59,804 nucleotides of DNA from Minisyncoccota bacterium (GTDB lineage Bacteria > Patescibacteriota > Minisyncoccia > Phycocordibacterales > UBA918). This document shows positions 1 to 8,896 of the stretch, piece after piece; position 1 is the first letter of the stretch, and every line of letters begins with the position of its first letter. Where the stretch lies: NCBI GenBank assembly GCA_022841645.1, contig JALHRC010000006.1, positions 1-59,804 of the forward strand, read 5' to 3'. A program made the position numbers and the translations under genes. A model generated the notes under the pieces. The model was not told where the DNA came from and ran no database searches. It saw nothing but the letters and a program-made list of their open reading frames with translations.

Positions 1-59
1 TGCCATAACTTCTCAATCATAAAGCGCTCCTCAAAACTTACATGCTTGTACGTGTTCAT
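1..59 (-). mobile_element. 5' end of an IS30-family transposase gene running off the left edge (partial)
   Basis: The reverse strand from 59 reads MNTYKHVSFEERFMIEKLW. This matches the typical IS30 N-terminal HTH start (YKHLxxEERxxIxxL). Only 19 codons are visible. Confidence 0.5.
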
Positions 60-124
60 AGACAACTATCTTAGCTGTCCTACTTCAAAGGTGACGGGAG
101 GGGGGCGGTCCTTGGCTTGTAGGG

Positions 125-484
125 GTGGGGGTACTGATGGACAACACTATCGCAGTCTATCCGGCGAGCAGTTATTCGACCCTGGTGGTAACCTTGCCAC
201 CAGAAGCCAAGGCGCTGGGGCGCGCACTCATGGAAGGGGGTGAAAGCCCTCTTGCCAGCGCCTTCAGGAACTTTTGCTCCAGGGTGAAGTTGGTGCCTGG
301 AATCGGTGGTGGCGATGAATGGGTAGTCATTTTGGGCCACTACATATCGCTTCAGGTGCCGCACGGAGTCTCCTCCTGGGAGACAGCGCAGCTGTTGAAC
401 TGGGTTCGTGGCGAAGTCGAGCTTTTTCAGGCATTGCTCAGTATAGCTGCGCGGTCTCAGGATGGTGCTGGAACATTGCACTGA
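125..484 (+). CDS. hypothetical protein (start may be ATG 137)
   Basis: 119-aa ORF with more protein-like composition than the overlapping antisense ORF 80..481. No recognisable motif. Confidence 0.35.
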   Translation: MGVLMDNTIAVYPASSYSTLVVTLPPEAKALGRALMEGGESPLASAFRNFCSRVKLVPGIGGGDEWVVILGHYISLQVPHGVSSWETAQLLNWVRGEVELFQALLSIAARSQDGAGTLH

Positions 485-501
485 CGTCGATGATCAAGAA
501 G

Positions 502-526
502 AGGGGCGCGCCGTAGGCGCGCCCCT
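502..526. terminator. GC-rich hairpin between convergent ORFs
   Basis: aggggcgcgc/gcgcgcccct 10-bp stem. It is T-rich after the hairpin on the minus strand (tcttcttg), downstream of the 582..1406 gene. Confidence 0.6.
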
Positions 527-581
527 GGGAAGGAGGGCTCTGCCACATGGGATGGGCAGGGCATTTTTCATTTCTATTTTT

Positions 582-1406
582 TTATGAGGCTGGGCCTTTG
601 GTGGCGTGGTGGAAGTAGTTGTGGTCGGAAAAGATATCGTCGCCAAGGTGTGCTCCGTGCGCTACCGCAAAGCTGCCACGCTGGGTGACTATTTCAAGAA
701 AGCGACGATCCCGCAGCCCCGAACTACCTTGCACCACAGCACTGCTACCATCAGGTACGTTGCGAAGCTGGGGAGTGTACGGCAGTGTGCCAAAGCGTGT
801 TACCACCGACGAGGCGCCGGCGAGGTCGCGCTCGGTAAGGGTGGTTTTGCAGTTGCCAAAGTTATCAATGTGCCAAATGGCTTGGGGAAGTGCTGGGCTA
901 TTCTCGAGGGAGTAGGTGTCGCTCGGTACACGATGGCCCTCTACAAGAAAGGCAGCCACTCGCGGGGTAAAGTCGAAGCTGCGGAATTGGGTGGTAGGAA
1001 GCTCTGCTGCGGCCACGGCGTCGATGAACTCAGCCTTCAACATTGCCTCCGCGCTACTATGAGTATCAAGAAGCTCAATCGTTTCGGCCAGACCAAGCGT
1101 TTTAATGGCACTGAGGGTATAGCCGTCGACCGAGGCGACGACGAGCGTGCGGTGGTAGTAAAAGAAGCCAAAGGGCGTGCCGTTCTCCCACTTGGTGGTG
1201 TGGCCACCGCGGGGTGCGACATTAACCAAGACCACGCCCTCACGGCCTTCGGTGGCGTCCAGAACGTCAATCAGTTGTACTCCTGCTTCGAGGTCGGAAT
1301 CAACACCGATAAAAACTGGTGAGACCGGCAGGAGGGAAGCCAGGCGACTTTCCTGGCGGCCACGGGCGTTTTCGTCACGGCAGTCATTGATGATGGTGGC
1401 AAACAT
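582..1406 (-). CDS. divergent SAM hydroxide adenosyltransferase-like protein (DUF62 / fluorinase-chlorinase superfamily)
   Basis: 274 aa. The IDNFGN, FRSFDFTPR and RFLEIV...G...LGD blocks parallel DUF62 motifs. The N-terminal TDFG and DPGVG motifs are replaced (INDCRD, APRGG). Confidence 0.55.
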   Translation of the reverse strand: MFATIINDCRDENARGRQESRLASLLPVSPVFIGVDSDLEAGVQLIDVLDATEGREGVVLVNVAPRGGHTTKWENGTPFGFFYYHRTLVVASVDGYTLSAIKTLGLAETIELLDTHSSAEAMLKAEFIDAVAAAELPTTQFRSFDFTPRVAAFLVEGHRVPSDTYSLENSPALPQAIWHIDNFGNCKTTLTERDLAGASSVVTRFGTLPYTPQLRNVPDGSSAVVQGSSGLRDRRFLEIVTQRGSFAVAHGAHLGDDIFSDHNYFHHATKGPAS

Positions 1407-1571
1407 GAGTGAGAGAAGTTAGAAAATCATCTGGCAGGTAAATGAGGCCGGAGGTAGATACGACAAGCCCCCTTGGCTGAAGGGGGTTCTCATCGTGTGA
1501 TGGGAAATAGCGAGGAATACCTGTATTTCCACATAGCGTATTACCTCCGCTACCCCCTCAGTATATACCGC

Positions 1572-1614
1572 AGAAAAAAGAAACGAAAAGCGCAGCGGTG
1601 GATAGCCGCTGCGC
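1572..1614 (-). terminator. intrinsic terminator of hup
   Basis: gcgcagcgg/ccgctgcgc stem at 1590-1614, followed on the minus strand by a long T-rich run. Confidence 0.8.
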
Positions 1615-1635
1615 CTTCGTACTCGTGGATAACAA

Positions 1636-1908
1636 TTACTTTACTGCATCCTTGAGTGCCTTGGCAGCGCGGAACTTTGGTACGCGCATAGCGGGTACGG
1701 TTACCGTCTCGCCAGTACGTGGGTTGCGCGCTTCGCGCTTGGCACGCTGCTTAGCTTCGAAAATACCGAAACCGGCAATCGAGACCGATGAGCCATCCTT
1801 CATAGCTGCCTCAATGCAACCAAACATGGTGTCAACAGCTCGCTCTGCTTCGGCCTTGGTTGAACCAAGTGCCTCGTGCACTTTGCTGATGATGTCTGCT
1901 TTATTCAT
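1636..1908 (-). CDS. hup: DNA-binding protein HU
   Basis: 90 aa. MNKADIISKV...GFGIFE...ARNPRTGE..V...RVPKF is the HU/IHF signature. Confidence 0.95.
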   Translation of the reverse strand: MNKADIISKVHEALGSTKAEAERAVDTMFGCIEAAMKDGSSVSIAGFGIFEAKQRAKREARNPRTGETVTVPAMRVPKFRAAKALKDAVK

Positions 1909-2253
1909 AGTGTGCGGAATTGTTTACGCTCGATTAAATGTGTGTGAGTGCATGACTCATGCACCGTGCCGAATTGAATTGGCTTACGAACATTATATAG
2001 CACCATGTTTTGCCCGCAATGACTTCCATGTCCCCAAATGTGTGTTAGAGTGCGCCGCCAAAAGCCGCGAGTAACTGCGTTACGGGTCCTGCTTCGTCGT
2101 TTTGTCGTAACAAAAGTACGCCGCCACTCCTCGTCTTCCCGTGCCTTGTTCCTCATCGACTTTTGGTGGCGCACTGCATAACTATCTTTTATGTGTATTT
2201 TTGAGGAGGTAGCGTGTGACCTTAACGTCAGTGAGTGATTATGCTACGCTACC

Positions 2254-2820
2254 ATGCATATGCAAAAAATCGGTGTGATGGGTGCGCGTGGTAGTTTTTC
2301 CGAAATGGCAGGAGAGCGGTACATCGCCAAGCACGGCGTGGAGGCAGAAATTGTGCCACTTATTAGCGCTGAAAACGTACTGACGGCTCTCGAAGCCGGC
2401 GACATCGACTGTGGTATCTTCCCGATTGAAAACAGCAACGGTGGCATTGTGATCGAAGCGGTGCACGCCATGGCCAAGCACCGTTTCGCCATCGAAGAAA
2501 TGTTTGAGCTCGATGTCCATCATATGCTGCTCGTAAAGCCTGGTGTGACCGCTTCGCACGTTGAAACGGTAGCCAGCCACGACCAAGCGCTGAAGCAGTG
2601 TCGTATGTACTTAAAGCGCACCTGGCCACAGGCCGAGCTCATGCCGTACGCCGACACCGCCAAAGCGGCGGCCGATGTCGCAAACGGCACCTTGCCCGAC
2701 ACCACGGCCGCGATCGCTCCACGGAGTGCCGCTGCCCTCTATGGTCTCGATATCCTCGAAGAATCTATCCAGGACCTTAAGTTTAACTACACGGTGTTTA
2801 TTGCTGCGAAGCGGGCATAA
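2254..2820 (+). CDS. pheA: prephenate dehydratase catalytic domain protein (no ACT domain)
   Basis: 188 aa. It has the GARGSFSE, FPIENSNGG and NYTVF motifs of the PDT domain, and the ORF ends right after the PDT domain. Confidence 0.8.
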   Translation: MHMQKIGVMGARGSFSEMAGERYIAKHGVEAEIVPLISAENVLTALEAGDIDCGIFPIENSNGGIVIEAVHAMAKHRFAIEEMFELDVHHMLLVKPGVTASHVETVASHDQALKQCRMYLKRTWPQAELMPYADTAKAAADVANGTLPDTTAAIAPRSAAALYGLDILEESIQDLKFNYTVFIAAKRA

Positions 2821-2867
2821 ATAATCGTAGCAGGTCGACGTCCAGTTATTTGTGCTACAATCGGCCT

Positions 2868-3461
2868 ATGTCTAGGCGAATGTTGGTGGTGTTGGGAATT
2901 CTGGCGGTCGTCTTATTGGTTGTTGGCTTAACGTCCACATGGCGTTATGTAGTTTATGTTGTACGGTATCCCTTCCTGCCACATCTACAGGTTATTGTTG
3001 AAGACACCACATGGGAAATGGGTGACTGGGGGAAGAGCCAAAAATGTACCGACGAAGCGTCTACTAGTCCCTGCATAAAAGTTAAAGTGTCAGAAGAAAA
3101 TGGAAAATTGCGCATTGAATGGGATACGGACAATCCGATGCCAGGGTCAACAATTGATCTAACTCTCATCCATGCCCCGGGTGGAAGTGTTGTAGCGATT
3201 GCTGATAAGTTAAATACTTCTGGAAACATCTTATGGGCGGTACCGAAGACTCGCTTGGTATGTTCTTCACCAGCCCTCGATGTTTGTGGCCCCCGAGTCC
3301 CTGCGCCAATTAAGTTTGGAGATTATAGGGTGGCTGTAAGTCTTTTGCCGCATAATTATTACCCCACCTCGTTTGCCGAACCGAATTGTCCAGAAGGAAC
3401 TTATTGTGGGTATATTCACCACACCCGCAGCCACAGTTTTCGTGTATTTACGATGCCGTAA
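2868..3461 (+). CDS. membrane-anchored Cys-rich hypothetical protein
   Basis: N-terminal TM helix (MLVVLGILAVVLLVVGL) followed by a Cys-containing ectodomain. ATG at 2868 was chosen within ORF 2850..3461. Confidence 0.55.
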   Translation: MSRRMLVVLGILAVVLLVVGLTSTWRYVVYVVRYPFLPHLQVIVEDTTWEMGDWGKSQKCTDEASTSPCIKVKVSEENGKLRIEWDTDNPMPGSTIDLTLIHAPGGSVVAIADKLNTSGNILWAVPKTRLVCSSPALDVCGPRVPAPIKFGDYRVAVSLLPHNYYPTSFAEPNCPEGTYCGYIHHTRSHSFRVFTMP

Positions 3462-4991
3462 TTACCGTGCGTAACTGATCACCCGGGTCTCACGAATAAC
3501 GTGGACTTTGATTTCTCCTGGGTAGCGGAGCTTGGCCTCGATGGTGTCGGCGATGGTTTTGGCCAGAGCGTGCGTCTCGATGTCGGTCATGGTTTCGGGA
3601 TTAACGAGCACACGTACTTCACGGCCAGCGGCGATGGCGAAGGCTTTGTCGACACCCTTCAGTGCCGTCGCGATGCCTTCGAGGTCGGAGAGGCGCTTTA
3701 CATAGTTTTCAAGCGAATCGCGCCGCGCCCCTGGGCGAGCCCCTGAAAGAGCGTCGGCCACCTGCACAATGATCGATTCAGGTGTTTCGTACGGATACTC
3801 TTCGTGGTGAGCGCGCATAGCGAGGATGACCGCGTCACTGACGTTGTACTTCTTTAAGATACGGATACCGATCTCGACGTGGGTACCAGCCACTTCGTGA
3901 CTCACCGTCTTGCCGATATCATGAAGGAGGGCACCAGCGCGGGCAATTGCCACGTCAGCACCCACCTCCTCAGCAATGATGGCGGCGATATGCGCCATTT
4001 CGACAGAGTGCCAGAGCACGTTTTGGCCGTAGCTGGTGCGGAAGTGGAGACGACCGAGGATCGCGAGGAGATCGGGATGGAGGTTGGGTACCCCAGCGTC
4101 GTAGGCGGCCTTTTCACCCATTTTGCGCACGGTAGCGGCCACTTCCTTGCGGGCGGTATCGACACACTCCTCGATTTTCGCTGGCTGGATGCGACCATCT
4201 TTAAGAAGGGCTTCGAGGGCGACGCGCGCTATCTCGCGACGAATCGGGTCAAATGAAGAAAGCACAATGTAGCCGGGTGTTTCGTCCACGAGCACATCGA
4301 CGCCGGTAGCGTGTTCAAAGGCGCGCACATTGCGTCCCTCGCGGCCAATCACTTTGCCCTTAAGGTCGTCAGAAGGAATTTCCACGTGCGAGGTCATCAC
4401 GTTGGTGGGCATGTTGTTGCCGACCCGGTGAATGGCAGCGAGGAGGAGGTTTTGTGCGCGGTCTTCGTATTGCTCAGCTCCAAAGCGCTCGAGTTTCCCA
4501 ATACGAGCTTGCAAATCTTCCGCATACTCCGCCTCCATTTTAGTGACCACGCGGGCGTAGGCTTCTTCGCGTGAGAGACCAGCCACCTCTTCAAGCTTTT
4601 CTTCAATCTCTCCCTTGCGTTCATCAAGGCGCTCTTTGATAGTTTTTATCTCTGTCACTTTTGCTTGGAGTGACTCACGCTGTGAATCGAGGTCGATTTG
4701 GCGTGCATCCAAAAGCTCCTCACGTTTTTGGAGGTGTCGTTCCTTTTCGGTAAGGCGGTCTTCGGTGGCGGTTTTCTGTGCGGTGGTGGTGCGCTCGAGC
4801 TCGTCGGCTTTGGCCTCGGCCTTCTCTAGGACGGCGCGGGCTTTGTCTTCGGCCTCCAGGAGCTTGGTTTTGATGTCGAGCTCCAGGGAGGTTTTTTTGG
4901 CGAGGGCAAGGAGGTAGCGGGCGTAGTAGCCAACGATAGCTCCTATAATGAGCGCCACCCCGAGCGAGAGCCAGGGAAAGGGTGGTGGCAT
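3462..4991 (-). CDS. rny: ribonuclease Y
   Basis: 509 aa. It has an N-terminal TM helix, a coiled coil, a KH motif (VIGREGRNVRAFE) and an HD domain (LLHDIGK). Confidence 0.95.
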   Translation of the reverse strand: MPPPFPWLSLGVALIIGAIVGYYARYLLALAKKTSLELDIKTKLLEAEDKARAVLEKAEAKADELERTTTAQKTATEDRLTEKERHLQKREELLDARQIDLDSQRESLQAKVTEIKTIKERLDERKGEIEEKLEEVAGLSREEAYARVVTKMEAEYAEDLQARIGKLERFGAEQYEDRAQNLLLAAIHRVGNNMPTNVMTSHVEIPSDDLKGKVIGREGRNVRAFEHATGVDVLVDETPGYIVLSSFDPIRREIARVALEALLKDGRIQPAKIEECVDTARKEVAATVRKMGEKAAYDAGVPNLHPDLLAILGRLHFRTSYGQNVLWHSVEMAHIAAIIAEEVGADVAIARAGALLHDIGKTVSHEVAGTHVEIGIRILKKYNVSDAVILAMRAHHEEYPYETPESIIVQVADALSGARPGARRDSLENYVKRLSDLEGIATALKGVDKAFAIAAGREVRVLVNPETMTDIETHALAKTIADTIEAKLRYPGEIKVHVIRETRVISYAR

Positions 4992-5115
4992 GGTCTTCAG
5001 TTAGATCACTAAAAATCGGTGGCTGTCGGTCGCGGACGGAAACGGTATCGGCAACAGTTGTTCGTACGATACCAGAACTATGTCACTGGGACAACTGTTC
5101 ACTTTCTAAAGTTAA

Positions 5116-5544
5116 TTAGTTGAGGCCACGATACTCAAGATAATAGCGGGTTTGTGCCGAACGGTAGAGACGACTACCTTCAGCATCTGCCAGGACATAG
5201 CTTATAAGTACTGCCAAACGGGCTTCAAATTGATCTTCGTTACGGTAGAGGTCACCCAAGAGATCGTCGTAAGCTGCTGGGTCAGAGTCAAATTCTGGTC
5301 GGAATTGGTGAAACATACCGTCTTGTCCGCGAAAGTAACCAACCACGTTTACCATAGAAGTTAGGCGTGGCAGCGCCTCGGCCACGTAGGTAGGCGTTTT
5401 ATTTGCATGAGTCTCAACCCAATTAAGTTCTCGATCAACCAAGTACAAGTAGTGAGCTACCATGGTGGCGTACTCGGTTACGTTTTTTGTTGGCATAAGA
5501 GAAATCTTCATATCCCAAAGGTGTCTCCGACAATTATATCGCAC
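5116..5544 (-). CDS. hypothetical protein
   Basis: 142-aa ORF between rny and clpP with no recognisable motif. The start is uncertain (internal Met codons). Confidence 0.45.
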   Translation of the reverse strand: MRYNCRRHLWDMKISLMPTKNVTEYATMVAHYLYLVDRELNWVETHANKTPTYVAEALPRLTSMVNVVGYFRGQDGMFHQFRPEFDSDPAAYDDLLGDLYRNEDQFEARLAVLISYVLADAEGSRLYRSAQTRYYLEYRGLN

Positions 5545-5638
5545 TTCACTTCAACCTGAAGACTGGTCCGTTCCTGTTCCAATAAAATCCATCAGCACAA
5601 AAAAGATGAAATATGCTGCGCACTGCTGGATTTTGTTT

Positions 5639-6241
5639 CTAGTATACTTTATCAACAATTCCGTACGCCTTAGCCTCCTCTGCATCCATGAAGAAGTCGC
5701 GGTCCACGTCTTGTTCAACCTTCTGAAGCCTTTGGCCGGTCGCTTTGGCGAGCATTTTATTGAGGCGATCGCGGGTTTTGAGGATGTGCTTGGCGGTAAT
5801 ATCAATGTCGCTGGCTTGGCCGTAGGCGCCGCCGGAAGGCTGGTGGATCATTACCTCGGCATTCGGAAGGGCAAAACGCTTGCCCTTGGCGCCCTGGGAA
5901 AGGATCAGTGAACCCATCGAGGCAGCCATACCTACCACCACCGTCGCAATGTCAGGCTTCACGTGGTGCATGGTGTCGATGATCGAAAGACCAGCCGTGA
6001 CGCTGCCGCCGGGAGAATTCAGGTAGAGGTAGATGTCTTTCTTGGGGTCTTCTGATTCGAGAAAAAGCAGCTGAGCGACCACCAGATTGGCCATATGGTC
6101 TTCAATGCCGCCGGTAATAAAGATAATGCGCTCTTTAAGGAGGCGTGAGTAAATGTCGTAGGCACGCTCACCCATTTGGGTCTTTTCGATGACCATGGGG
6201 ACAAGGGTGCCTTCAATTGGAGTCATTTCAGGGTGTTTCAT
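5639..6241 (-). CDS. clpP: ATP-dependent Clp protease proteolytic subunit
   Basis: 200 aa. It has the GMAASMGS (Ser) and MIHQPSGG (His) catalytic motifs. Confidence 0.97.
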   Translation of the reverse strand: MKHPEMTPIEGTLVPMVIEKTQMGERAYDIYSRLLKERIIFITGGIEDHMANLVVAQLLFLESEDPKKDIYLYLNSPGGSVTAGLSIIDTMHHVKPDIATVVVGMAASMGSLILSQGAKGKRFALPNAEVMIHQPSGGAYGQASDIDITAKHILKTRDRLNKMLAKATGQRLQKVEQDVDRDFFMDAEEAKAYGIVDKVY

Positions 6242-6342
6242 AGGAAAATAAGTTAAGTGCCGGCAACCGTGGCAGGAGTGAGGCCATGCTAGCAGATTGC
6301 CACTAAAATAAAAAGGCGCCGCGGGAAAGAAAGGATGTTAAA

Positions 6343-6374
6343 GGGGCCGGCAGCGCGCAAGCGCTGCCGGCCCC
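6343..6374 (-). terminator. intrinsic terminator of ORF 6390..6785
   Basis: ggggccggcagcgc/gcgctgccggcccc 14-bp stem with a gcaa loop. A T-rich tract follows on the minus strand. Confidence 0.75.
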
Positions 6375-6389
6375 CCATCATTCCCTGTC

Positions 6390-6785
6390 TCACGGATGCC
6401 GAAATACCAGCACAACCAACTGCCGACCGTGCTGGAGAAGGTGCCGGTAGCCAATGAGCTGGTCGAGAGTTCGATCTGGCATTTCGACAACCGTGCCAAG
6501 CGGCCACGTCTGCGGGTCGACCAGCGTTAGCTGTGGGTGACCGTTTGGGATCTGAGGCAGGATGGTCGTCTTCCCCTGAAGTTCCGACCATGCCCTTTCT
6601 TCTGCTCCCTTGTCGTAGAAGATCAAGTGGCGGCCCGCCTCACCGGCTGAGGTAGTACCGCCGGGTACGCGCATTATGGGGAGACCCACCATAACGACCT
6701 GTTTCGGCAGCAAGATCGGTGTGTAGGGTTGCCACGGTTGGCCGAGGCGCTCTGTCCGGGTCATAACGCACTGGGCAACGATCAT
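6390..6785 (-). CDS. orphan hypothetical protein inserted between tig and clpP
   Basis: 131-aa ORF on the same strand as tig and clpP, with its own terminator. No recognisable motif. Confidence 0.45.
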   Translation of the reverse strand: MIVAQCVMTRTERLGQPWQPYTPILLPKQVVMVGLPIMRVPGGTTSAGEAGRHLIFYDKGAEERAWSELQGKTTILPQIPNGHPQLTLVDPQTWPLGTVVEMPDRTLDQLIGYRHLLQHGRQLVVLVFRHP

Positions 6786-6950
6786 AGGTGCGACTTTCCT
6801 GGCTGTGGGGTTTATGAACGTCCGCCATTACCCTACTACAGACACTAAAAAAGTGAAATGGTTCTCGCAGCGAACTCTAAAAATACAAAACCCCTTTCCC
6901 GAAGTTCTCACTTGTAGCAACAATTTGGAAAAGGAGCAAACGGTGAGGTG

Positions 6951-6988
6951 TTAAAAGTAAAAGGGCGGCACGTGCAAGCGAGCCGCCC
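6951..6988 (-). terminator. intrinsic terminator downstream of tig
   Basis: gggcggc..gccgccc stem at 6963-6988, followed on the minus strand by ttttacttttaa. Confidence 0.7.
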
Positions 6989-7029
6989 GCCCACCTTACA
7001 GGGCCTGGAACCCTTTTTGGGTGAGAAAA

Positions 7030-7047
7030 TAGTACGATTGATCGTAT
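7030..7047. repeat. degenerate copy of the 20-bp palindrome TAGTACGATCGATCGTACTA
   Basis: tagtacgattgatcgtat differs at two positions from the perfect copies at 23307 and 30053. Confidence 0.6.
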
Positions 7048-7055
7048 GGAATAAA

Positions 7056-7093
7056 GCCGCACAAAATCCCCCGCCAGAGGGATTTTGTGCGGC
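7056..7093. other. 15-bp-stem hairpin
   Basis: gccgcacaaaatccc (7056-7070) pairs with gggattttgtgcggc (7079-7093). Confidence 0.7.
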
Positions 7094-7120
7094 TATTGCC
7101 AGCGTTCGGTGAACGAGGAT

Positions 7121-7223
7121 AGAAGCTTTAGATGCGCGGCGGCAAGGAGGAGAAACAGGAGACGTACGCAGTTGTACGATGACTGTTTTGACGACGCAGC
7201 CAACAAAGCAGATAAGGCTTTTA
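7121..7223 (-). repeat. copy A of a ~100-nt dispersed structured repeat (overlaps the tig stop codon)
   Basis: It shares the 13-mer ATCTGCTTTGTTG (complement at 7201-7213) and flanking similarity with copies at 21118-21236 and 25549-25650. Confidence 0.7.
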
Positions 7224-8351
7224 TACTTGTTCGAGGTGCTTCATCACCGCCTCGTTCGTCAGTACCGACGCCACGTAGAGCCGTACCCGGCGCTCATCGG
7301 CGTCTTTGTACCGCTCCATCAGGCCCTCTACCTGCTCGGTGAGTTCATTGGTATCTGGCGAAATGTTCTCCTTCTTCGCAATTTCATTGAGAACAAGCTG
7401 GAGCTTGGCACGTTTTTCAGCCGCGGGTGTCCATTCTTTCTTCAAATCGTCCTTGGTTTTCTTGATATGGGCGAGGTAGTCGTCCATCTTAAGGTCGGCC
7501 CGCGTGAGGTCCTCTTCCATCTGGCCAAACATCTGCGAAATTTCTGCCTCAATGAGTACCTCCGGGAGGTCAATCACGGTGGCGTCAATGATAGCGTCGG
7601 TAATAGCGGCGCGGTGAGCAGCGGCCATTTCACGGGTCTTTTCTATGGTGAGGTGCTCGCGCAGTTTAGCTTTAAAGTCAGCTACATCAGCAAACTGGCC
7701 TGGCTGGCCAAGTGAACGAGCCAGTTCATCAGACAGCTCCGGGAGAAGCAGTTTTGTCTCGTCGCCCTCTGGAGCTTCGACAGTTTCCGGAGTGGGGAGG
7801 TCGCCTGCCTCAGCGCTTTCTTTCGCTGCGGCTTTGGCTTGAAGGCGGTCCCAGGCCGCTTTGCGGCGCAGAATGTCCTCTACTTGTTTAGCAAATTCTT
7901 CTTCCGTCACTGCAGCGTCTTTCTTCTCCCCATTCTTCACTTTCGCGATGCTGTGATAGTCGGGCAGGGTGAAGGTAGGGAGAATAGCCACCGTAATAGA
8001 AAGACCGACGGGGTTCCCGGGGGCGAGCTTTGTAAGCTCAATCTTGGGCTGTCCGACGGCATCGAGGGCAAAGTCATGGAGGAGGTGGTGGTAGATGTGC
8101 GTGACTGCGCGCTCAGCCATTTCACCAAGCAGGGCCATTTCGCCAATGTGCTTTACAAGCATGGCCTCAGGTACGTGGCCCTTGCGGAAGCCGTCGATGC
8201 TCACTTGTTCACCAAGGGTTTTAAGTGCCCCCTTACGCTCCATTTCTACCTCAGCAAAGGGGATTTCACCCGTAAGCTTCACCTGTGACCGGGGAAGTGT
8301 TTCGAGCGTGAAAGCGGCTTTGACATCGAACGTATGTGTATGGTCGTGCAT
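7221..8351 (-). CDS. tig: trigger factor, short form lacking the FKBP/PPIase domain
   Basis: 376 aa. The N-terminal ribosome-binding domain (GFRKGHVP) and C-terminal arm domain are recognisable, and a low-complexity linker replaces the PPIase segment. Confidence 0.9.
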   Translation of the reverse strand: MHDHTHTFDVKAAFTLETLPRSQVKLTGEIPFAEVEMERKGALKTLGEQVSIDGFRKGHVPEAMLVKHIGEMALLGEMAERAVTHIYHHLLHDFALDAVGQPKIELTKLAPGNPVGLSITVAILPTFTLPDYHSIAKVKNGEKKDAAVTEEEFAKQVEDILRRKAAWDRLQAKAAAKESAEAGDLPTPETVEAPEGDETKLLLPELSDELARSLGQPGQFADVADFKAKLREHLTIEKTREMAAAHRAAITDAIIDATVIDLPEVLIEAEISQMFGQMEEDLTRADLKMDDYLAHIKKTKDDLKKEWTPAAEKRAKLQLVLNEIAKKENISPDTNELTEQVEGLMERYKDADERRVRLYVASVLTNEAVMKHLEQV

Positions 8352-8414
8352 GCAACTATTGTTATGTTTGCGCTAGTGTACGCATGGACGGCTAAAAAGC
8401 AACCGGCGTTAAAG

Positions 8415-8454
8415 GAAAGCGCCCCGACTGCCATCTGGCAGTCGGGGCGCTTTC
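8415..8454 (-). terminator. intrinsic terminator of ORF 8472..8888
   Basis: gaaagcgccccgactgcca pairs with tggcagtcggggcgctttc, a long perfect stem. Confidence 0.75.
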
Positions 8455-8471
8455 TCAATCGGGGTACCTTT

Positions 8472-8888
8472 TTATGACTGCGGTGCACCGGCCTCAATCT
8501 CGGCATCAATGGCGTTAATTTCGGTGGAGAGGGAATCGAGGGACGTACTCTCGACATCCGCCTTAATGGCGGGGAGCTCGTTTGAGCTACTTACCGCTTC
8601 AAAGGCTTCCATTTGCGCCTCGGCAGTAGTGCTTTCTGGCTCGTTGTTTTCTTCAGCTGTGGGACGCACGGGGTCAGACACGACGATGGGTCTATCAAGT
8701 GTCGCTTTGTACCACAGATAGAGACCGCCCAAAAGGAGCGCTAATACGAGACAAAGCAGGGCGATAATAAGACCAAAGCCATGGCCACGTAGAGAAGTGC
8801 TATTACTCGAAAGGCTTGCTGGCGCGGTGGGTACCTTCATGGCTTCACCGTCAAACTGAGGGTCGTTCGGGGTTTTACTATCGTTCAT
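8472..8888 (-). CDS. single-pass membrane protein, hypothetical
   Basis: 138 aa with a central TM helix (FGLIIALLCLVLALLLGGLYLW) and an acidic Ser/Thr-rich tail. Confidence 0.6.
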   Translation of the reverse strand: MNDSKTPNDPQFDGEAMKVPTAPASLSSNSTSLRGHGFGLIIALLCLVLALLLGGLYLWYKATLDRPIVVSDPVRPTAEENNEPESTTAEAQMEAFEAVSSSNELPAIKADVESTSLDSLSTEINAIDAEIEAGAPQS

Positions 8889-8896
8889 AGTTGTAA

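Noticed and set aside
80-481. 133-aa minus-strand ORF overlapping 125-484
   Set aside because: Its composition (Cys/His/Pro/Arg-rich) is less coding-like than the + frame. Confidence is low in either case.
606-1322. Long antisense or alternate-frame ORFs (606-1322, 10897-11613, 16469-16981, 46303-46962, 51405-52079, 59215-59670 and similar)
   Set aside because: These are shadow ORFs opposite or overlapping well-supported genes in GC-rich DNA. Their translations are low-complexity or Arg/Ser/Cys-rich, without motifs.
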